From assembly GCA_041497675.1 (NCBI GenBank), contig JBGQGY010000001.1, positions 1-64,000 of the forward strand: a DNA stretch of 64,000 bases, read 5' to 3'. The DNA comes from a bacterium. GTDB taxonomy: Bacteria > Sysuimicrobiota > Sysuimicrobiia > Sysuimicrobiales > Humicultoraceae. Shown one piece after another: positions 58,736-64,000 of the stretch. The stretch's first letter is position 1. Each line of letters starts with the position of its first letter. The position numbers and the translations under genes are program-made. Below the pieces are notes generated by a model that saw only the letters and a list, made by a program, of their open reading frames with translations, had not been told where the DNA came from and did no database searches.

Positions 58736-61342
58736 TTAGCCCGCGGTCACCACGCGGTCGCGTCCTTCTGCCTTCGCCCGGTAGAGGGCGGCGTCCGCGG
58801 CCTTGAGCACCTTTTCGCCGGTCGCCTCGTGGTCGGGGAAGACGGCGATGCCCAGCGAGAGGGTCACCGCTCCCAGGGACGTCCCTTGGTGCTCGACGGA
58901 CAGACGCGCGGCGGCCTGACGGATCCCCTCGGCCCGCGCCTGGGCGATATGGAGCGGCGCGCCCGGTAGGATCAGGGCGAACTCCTCGCCGCCGTACCGG
59001 CAGGCGATGTCCTCAGCGCGGATACCCTTTTGGAGCACGGTGGCGAGTGCCCGCAAGAGCGCGTCGCCCGCCGCGTGGCCGAAGGAGTCGTTGAATCGCT
59101 TGAAGTGGTCGAGATCCAGCATGATCACAGAAACGGGAATCCCCGCGCGGGACGCCCGCTGCAGCTCGCGTATCAGCGATTCCTCCATGTACCGCCGGTT
59201 GAACAGACCGGTGAGCGGGTCGCGGATCGACTGGTGGCGCAGCGTCTCTCGCAGCCGCAGGTTCGTAATGGCCAGTCCGATCTGTTCGGCGACCGCGCCG
59301 GCAAGCTGCTCGACGGATTCGCTCCAGATGTCTGGGTGATGAAGATCGATCCCCCGGATCGCGAGGTGCAACACTCCAAGGGAATCGCCCTGTGAGGCCA
59401 TCGGGATGCAGATGGTCGCATCCGGTGGGTGGGGCCCCAGGTGCGGGCAGGGAAGACCAGCGGTCGTCGACGTCCACGTGTGCCCCCGGCCCCGTCGGAC
59501 GGCCCAGCAGTCCTCAGGGACGAACACGTGCGGGGTCGGGGCCCCGTCGCCCCACGCCGTGACGGCCTCGAGCAGGTCGTTGGCCGGCGTCAGGATGTAC
59601 AGCGCACCCGACAGCTTGGGAAACAGCTGGGGGAGGAAGAGCGCGACCACCTTCGAGACCTCGTCTTGGTGCTGGCAGCCCAGCAGATATTCGGTCATCT
59701 CGCCAAGCAACGAAATCTCGCGGTTCCGCTGCTGGAGCTGACCGACCCACGCCGTGAGCTTTTCGTTGGCCTCACGGACGGCCTTCTCGGCCTGCTTACG
59801 CTCGGTCAGGTCGGTGATGATGGCGATGGAGCCGTGGTACTCGCCGTCCTTGATCCGTGGCACGGCCGTCACCAAGACGTCGATCACTTTGCCCCCGGCA
59901 CCCTTGAACCGGACGTCATACGTGTCGACGGCGCCCTCCCGTCGCCGGCCGCGCGCCGCCTTGATGACCGCGTGATCGTCTTCATAAACGAAGTCCATCG
60001 TGTTCTTGTACGTCAGCCGCTCCACGGGGTAGCCGAGCATGTCGGCGAGGGCAGGGTTGACGTACTCATAGCGCCCCTGCGCATCGGTGACCGCGAGCCC
60101 CTGCGCGATCGTGTTCATGACCTGCAGTGCGAAATCGCGCTGCGCGCGCAGCTCGCCATCGATGCGCTTGCGATCGGTGATGTCCTCGGCGATGCCCACG
60201 AATCCTGTGACCCTTGCATCTTTGTCGCGGATCGCGCCGGCCTGGGCCTGCACCCAGTGGATCTCGCCGTCTGGGCGTTGGAAGCGGAACTCCAGCGAGA
60301 ATTCGCGCCCTTCGCGCGTACACGTATCCCACCATGTGGAGACCAGCACGCGGTCGTCGGCGTGGATCGCCAGAGTCCAGCCGTCGCCAATGTTCTCGTC
60401 CAGACGGAGCCCGGTGATTTCTTGCCACTTGGCGTTGACGTACTCGCACCGCCCCGCCGGGTCCGTGTGGAAGATGCCCATCGGCGACGCGGCTGCCAGC
60501 GAGCGGAACCGTTCCTCACTCTGCCGCAGCGCCTCTTCAGCGAGGTGACGCGTTGAGATGTCCCGCGCGTGGGCCTGGAAGCCGGCGACGCGATCGCCGT
60601 CGAGTATCAAATGGACGTTTTGGCCCAGCCACGTCCGCCCGCCGCTCTTGGTCATCACCGGCAGTTCGAGGTATGAGGTCGGTGTTCGTTCGCTGATCTG
60701 CACGCGATAGAAGGCCCGCGCTTCCTTTCGGGCTTCGGGGGCGACCAGGTCGAGATAGTGACGGCCGACGCATTCCTCCGGAGAGAACCCCAGAACGCGC
60801 GTCACCACCGCATTCACAAACGTAAAGCGTCCTCGGTTGTCCGTCTGATAGATGATATCGGTGGCCTGTTCGATGAGGGTCTTGTAGCGGCTCTGGCTCT
60901 CCCGCAGCGCCTCCGCGGCTAGTCGCCGCTCCGTGATGTCGATCCCGAGTGAAATCGTGCCTGTGGCGCTGCCCCCGTCGCGCATCTCCCTGTTGTGCCA
61001 GGAAATGAACCGCTCCTCGCCCGAGCTGGTCAGGATGGGGCCTTCGAGTGAAGCCGGGATCCCGGCGGCGGCCCCGCGTGCGAACTGTTCCCACGCGTCG
61101 GGATACCGTGACCGCGGCACAAGGACTTCGAACCAGTCGCGACCCACCAGGTCGGCTGGGGCGTACCCGGTGATGCGCTCGGCTTCGTCGTTGGTCCAGA
61201 CGATCCGGCCGGCCGTGTCGAGTTGGATGACGATGACGTGGGCGTGCTGAATCAGATCCTGGGCTAGGGCCTGGACCTGCAGAGCCGGCTGTTGGCGTGG
61301 AAGGTTGGCAACCTCGCCCATCCGTGCCGTCCTTTTTGGCAT
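58736..61342 (-). CDS. Diguanylate cyclase (4 PAS, GAF, GGDEF)
   Basis: PAS ends DITERR/DISTR/DITDRK/DLTERK; DPLTGLFNRR, DLDHFK, RAED I-site, GGEEF. Confidence 0.95.
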   Translation of the reverse strand: MPKRTARMGEVANLPRQQPALQVQALAQDLIQHAHVIVIQLDTAGRIVWTNDEAERITGYAPADLVGRDWFEVLVPRSRYPDAWEQFARGAAAGIPASLEGPILTSSGEERFISWHNREMRDGGSATGTISLGIDITERRLAAEALRESQSRYKTLIEQATDIIYQTDNRGRFTFVNAVVTRVLGFSPEECVGRHYLDLVAPEARKEARAFYRVQISERTPTSYLELPVMTKSGGRTWLGQNVHLILDGDRVAGFQAHARDISTRHLAEEALRQSEERFRSLAAASPMGIFHTDPAGRCEYVNAKWQEITGLRLDENIGDGWTLAIHADDRVLVSTWWDTCTREGREFSLEFRFQRPDGEIHWVQAQAGAIRDKDARVTGFVGIAEDITDRKRIDGELRAQRDFALQVMNTIAQGLAVTDAQGRYEYVNPALADMLGYPVERLTYKNTMDFVYEDDHAVIKAARGRRREGAVDTYDVRFKGAGGKVIDVLVTAVPRIKDGEYHGSIAIITDLTERKQAEKAVREANEKLTAWVGQLQQRNREISLLGEMTEYLLGCQHQDEVSKVVALFLPQLFPKLSGALYILTPANDLLEAVTAWGDGAPTPHVFVPEDCWAVRRGRGHTWTSTTAGLPCPHLGPHPPDATICIPMASQGDSLGVLHLAIRGIDLHHPDIWSESVEQLAGAVAEQIGLAITNLRLRETLRHQSIRDPLTGLFNRRYMEESLIRELQRASRAGIPVSVIMLDLDHFKRFNDSFGHAAGDALLRALATVLQKGIRAEDIACRYGGEEFALILPGAPLHIAQARAEGIRQAAARLSVEHQGTSLGAVTLSLGIAVFPDHEATGEKVLKAADAALYRAKAEGRDRVVTAG

Positions 61343-61453
61343 CCTGTAAAAAAGGTGTCGGGAGGTTATTCCCGTTTTGATGGAAGTTCAGGCCGCGCAC
61401 AGGACTCAGCGGCACATCGGAGAACACCCGTACCCGTGCCGCGCGGATCGCTC

Positions 61454-62416
61454 ATGGCAGCAGGGCTGGTGGCCGCCGCGACGCTGCTGGCCGTCAGCCT
61501 GGCGGCTCCATCCCCCCACGCCGCGGGTCAGAGCCCCCGTGGCATCTATCTGACCGATCCGGGCAACGGCCGGATCGTCCGGCTCGCCGATCTCACCGGT
61601 GCGGGCTGGACGACGCTCAGTATGCAGTCTGCGCCGCCCGGGACCGGCCGGCAGTTCGCGTTCCAGTCGGGTATTGTGGTCGACGGCTCGGGCCGGATTT
61701 ACTTCTCCGACGTTACCAACTCACGCATCGTACGGGTCGACAACATCACGGGCGCGGGCTGGGTCACGTTTGGAAGCCGAGGCACCGGGCGCAACCAGTT
61801 CGACCTGCCGGCGGGCATTTCCGTCGATGCCACCGGCCGAATCTACATCGCGGACGCCAGCAACTCGCGGATCGTGCGTATCAATGATATGACCGGCGCC
61901 GGGTGGACGGCGCTGGGAAGCCGGGGCGCGGGACCCTCACAGTTCAACTTCCCGCAAGGCATCGCCGTGGACGGCGCCGGCCGGATCTACGTCGCGGATG
62001 CCATCAACGACCGCATCGTTCGTATCAATGATATGACCGGCGCCGGCTGGACGACCTTTGGCACGCTGGGAAGCGGCGCGCGGCAGCTCGAATTTCCCGC
62101 GTCCGTGGCGGTCGATGCATCAGGCCGTGTGTACGCCACCGACTCGAGCAACGACCGCGTCGTGCGGATCAATGACATGACCGGCGCGGGCTGGGCGACC
62201 TTCGGCAAGATCGGAACCGGGCCGGGCGAGTTCTCGTTTCCAACGGGTCTGGCGTTAGACGCCCAGGGTCGGTTGTACGTGACCGACGAGGTTCATCGCC
62301 TCGTGCGGTTCAACGACATGACCGGCGCCGGTTGGACGGCGCTCGGCAGTATGGGGAGCGGCGTCAATCAGTTTTCCTTCCCATCAGGGGTGTGTGCGGA
62401 TCCGTCCGGCCGGTGA
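61454..62416 (+). CDS. Secreted NHL-repeat beta-propeller protein
   Basis: Signal peptide; about six ~48-aa repeats RIVRINDMTGAGW...FP.GIAVD..GRIY. Confidence 0.88.
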   Translation: MAAGLVAAATLLAVSLAAPSPHAAGQSPRGIYLTDPGNGRIVRLADLTGAGWTTLSMQSAPPGTGRQFAFQSGIVVDGSGRIYFSDVTNSRIVRVDNITGAGWVTFGSRGTGRNQFDLPAGISVDATGRIYIADASNSRIVRINDMTGAGWTALGSRGAGPSQFNFPQGIAVDGAGRIYVADAINDRIVRINDMTGAGWTTFGTLGSGARQLEFPASVAVDASGRVYATDSSNDRVVRINDMTGAGWATFGKIGTGPGEFSFPTGLALDAQGRLYVTDEVHRLVRFNDMTGAGWTALGSMGSGVNQFSFPSGVCADPSGR

Positions 62417-63145
62417 TCAGCGGAAGCCTGGAAGGGCGCGAAGAAGACCGGAGATCAATGCTGCGGTCGCGTCGAGGATCGGTTCCTGACGCGCGGCGCG
62501 CGGCAACTCGAAGTGCAACGCCCGCTCAATCATCTCGGTCGAGAAGATCCCAAGAGTCTTGGTGCATGTGGCCGTGAAGAACAGCTGATCGGCGGGTTCA
62601 ATCCGGAGGTCGAGCGCGGGGAACGACGGTGAGCGGCGGCGGACTGCGGCGAGGAGAAGTGGATAGGCCTCTTTCAGTGCCCACGCGTCGTTGGCACCCG
62701 TGCCCTTGGCGGCGACCTCAATGTCCTGCGCCGTGCGCGGTTCGGCGTTGCCGTGGATCTCGACGTAGAGGGGCAGGCGGGCGGTGCCCGCCGCCACCCG
62801 GACCAAGCGCACATAGGTCTCGTAGGCACTTCGTGCCCGCTCGGTCAGGGGTTCGTTGGGACACATGCGCCCCGCCCCCTCGGTTGGCCGGTTGACGTTG
62901 ATGCGAAGGCCGGGCGCGGTGCCACGGAAGACGATGTAGCCGGCATGAATCTGCGCCGCGGTGCTGATGGCGATCGGTGGCGTATTGATGTCATAGGTGC
63001 CGTGTGGCGCAGCGATCACGACGCCGGTGGCCGATACCAGGTATTCGAACACCCCATCTGCGGTCCGCACGACCTCCTGCGCGTGCGCCGGCGCCGGGGC
63101 CAGTGTCAGCACCAGCAGCAACGTCAAGACGCGCGTGGGGATCAT
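62417..63145 (-). CDS. Secreted putative Zn-dependent hydrolase (N-formylglutamate amidohydrolase / poly-gamma-glutamate hydrolase-like fold)
   Basis: Signal peptide AHA|Q; IAAPHG, VEIHG and HFELP motifs. Confidence 0.6.
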   Translation of the reverse strand: MIPTRVLTLLLVLTLAPAPAHAQEVVRTADGVFEYLVSATGVVIAAPHGTYDINTPPIAISTAAQIHAGYIVFRGTAPGLRINVNRPTEGAGRMCPNEPLTERARSAYETYVRLVRVAAGTARLPLYVEIHGNAEPRTAQDIEVAAKGTGANDAWALKEAYPLLLAAVRRRSPSFPALDLRIEPADQLFFTATCTKTLGIFSTEMIERALHFELPRAARQEPILDATAALISGLLRALPGFR

Positions 63146-63206
63146 CGCACACGGCCATTCGGGTTGCGTCGTGGAAGCCCCTTCGGGTCCCGAGAGGCGG
63201 CCGCGG

Positions 63207-63235
63207 TTGACACACGAGTGGTTCGTCTCTACGAT
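63207..63235 (+). promoter_or_regulatory. Sigma70-type promoter of the thrS leader
   Basis: TTGACA-N17-TACGAT. Confidence 0.8.
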
Positions 63236-63247
63236 GGGTCGAGAGTT

Positions 63248-63527
63248 GCGTGGACGAGGACGAGTACGTCGTACGCCGACCAACCCTGATCGCCGGGGCG
63301 TGAGAGAGGCAGGGCCGATGGCTGAGAGCCCTGCCGGTCGGAACGGCGGAATACCCCCTCTGAGCAGCGCCGAACGGTCGTCGCCGACAACGATGACGCG
63401 GTAAGGCGCCGGGTGCGCCCGAGATCGCGCGGATAAGTGTCCGGCGCGCGCCGTGCACGAAGCGCGACCGGAAACGAGGGTGGAACCGCGGATGCCCGTC
63501 CCTTGAAGGGGCGGGCTGATGTGTTTT
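63248..63527 (+). ncRNA. T-box riboswitch (Thr, ACC specifier)
   Basis: Stem I with AGTA, GAGAGA bulge and GCTGAGA loop; GAAT-ACC specifier (63353-63355); AGGGTGGAACCGCG T-box; terminator stem at 63494-63516. Confidence 0.88.
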
Positions 63528-63542
63528 CTAGAGGAGGACAGG

Positions 63543-64000
63543 ATGGCGGAGATCAGCGTTCAACTGCCCGACGGGTCGCACCAGCAGGTGCCGGCCGGGA
63601 GCCCGGCGTCGGCGCTCGCCGAACGCCTCGGTCTGCGCGGCGTCGTGGCCGCCGTTGTGAACGGCCGGCCGCGCGATCTCGCGGCGCCGCTCGAACCCGA
63701 CGCGCGCGTCGAGTTTGTGACGTTTGAGGACCCGGCGGGTCGTGAAGTCTACTGGCATTCCACGGCGCACGTGATGGCGCAGGCCGTCAAGCAGCTCTTC
63801 CCGGAGGCGAGACTCGCGATCGGGCCGCCGATCGACGACGGATTCTACTACGATTTTGATATCGGTCGGCCGTTCAGCCCCGATGACTTGGAACGCATCG
63901 AGACACGCATGCGAGAGCTCGCCGTGGCCGACCAGCGCATCGAACGCACCGAGATCCCGCGCGACGACGCGCGCCGCGAGTTCGAGTCCCGGGGCGAGGT
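63543..64000 (+). CDS. thrS: Threonine--tRNA ligase (3'-truncated by window edge)
   Basis: GAGGAGG RBS; TGS domain (LPDGS), YWHSTAHVMAQAV, IGPPIDDGFYYDF. Confidence 0.95.
   Translation, partial: MAEISVQLPDGSHQQVPAGSPASALAERLGLRGVVAAVVNGRPRDLAAPLEPDARVEFVTFEDPAGREVYWHSTAHVMAQAVKQLFPEARLAIGPPIDDGFYYDFDIGRPFSPDDLERIETRMRELAVADQRIERTEIPRDDARREFESRGE

Noticed and set aside
61540..62410. Regularly spaced direct repeats considered as a possible CRISPR array
   Set aside because: They are in-frame protein-coding NHL repeats and no cas genes are present

Overview
High-GC bacterial chromosomal window with about 62 CDS, one tRNA-Val(GAC) and no recognisable integrase, transposase or CRISPR array. A T-box leader and a PyrR-type attenuator suggest a Terrabacteria-type lineage (inference). 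Housekeeping genes include EF-G2, dnaG, rpoD, ahcY, comF, rlmD, typA and a partial thrS, interleaved with metabolic and transport genes. Most notable observations: (1) An SdpAB-like secreted-peptide maturation cluster at 7953-11498, with two putative precursors sharing a C-terminal FDPxx motif, a CPBP protease, a DUF5819/SdpA-like protein and an HTTM/SdpB-like protein fused to a CxxC DCC1-like domain; the main precursor gene is bracketed by two hairpins. (2) A c-di-GMP operon (PAS-GAF-GGDEF, HEAT-repeat, HD-GYP) in which the HEAT protein and the phosphodiesterase share a colinear ~135-aa N-terminal domain. (3) A FOXRED2-like flavoprotein flanked by two stand-alone cNMP-binding proteins, one with a degenerate binding cassette. 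(4) A complete PyrR attenuator in front of a cytosine-deaminase-like amidohydrolase. (5) Tandem DtxR/MntR-type boxes before feoB and an 8-Cys domain fused to FeoA. (6) A frameshifted SnoaL-like gene and a double-thioredoxin fusion with an internal start. All family assignments come from motif recognition by eye; no searches were run, and start codons were chosen manually.
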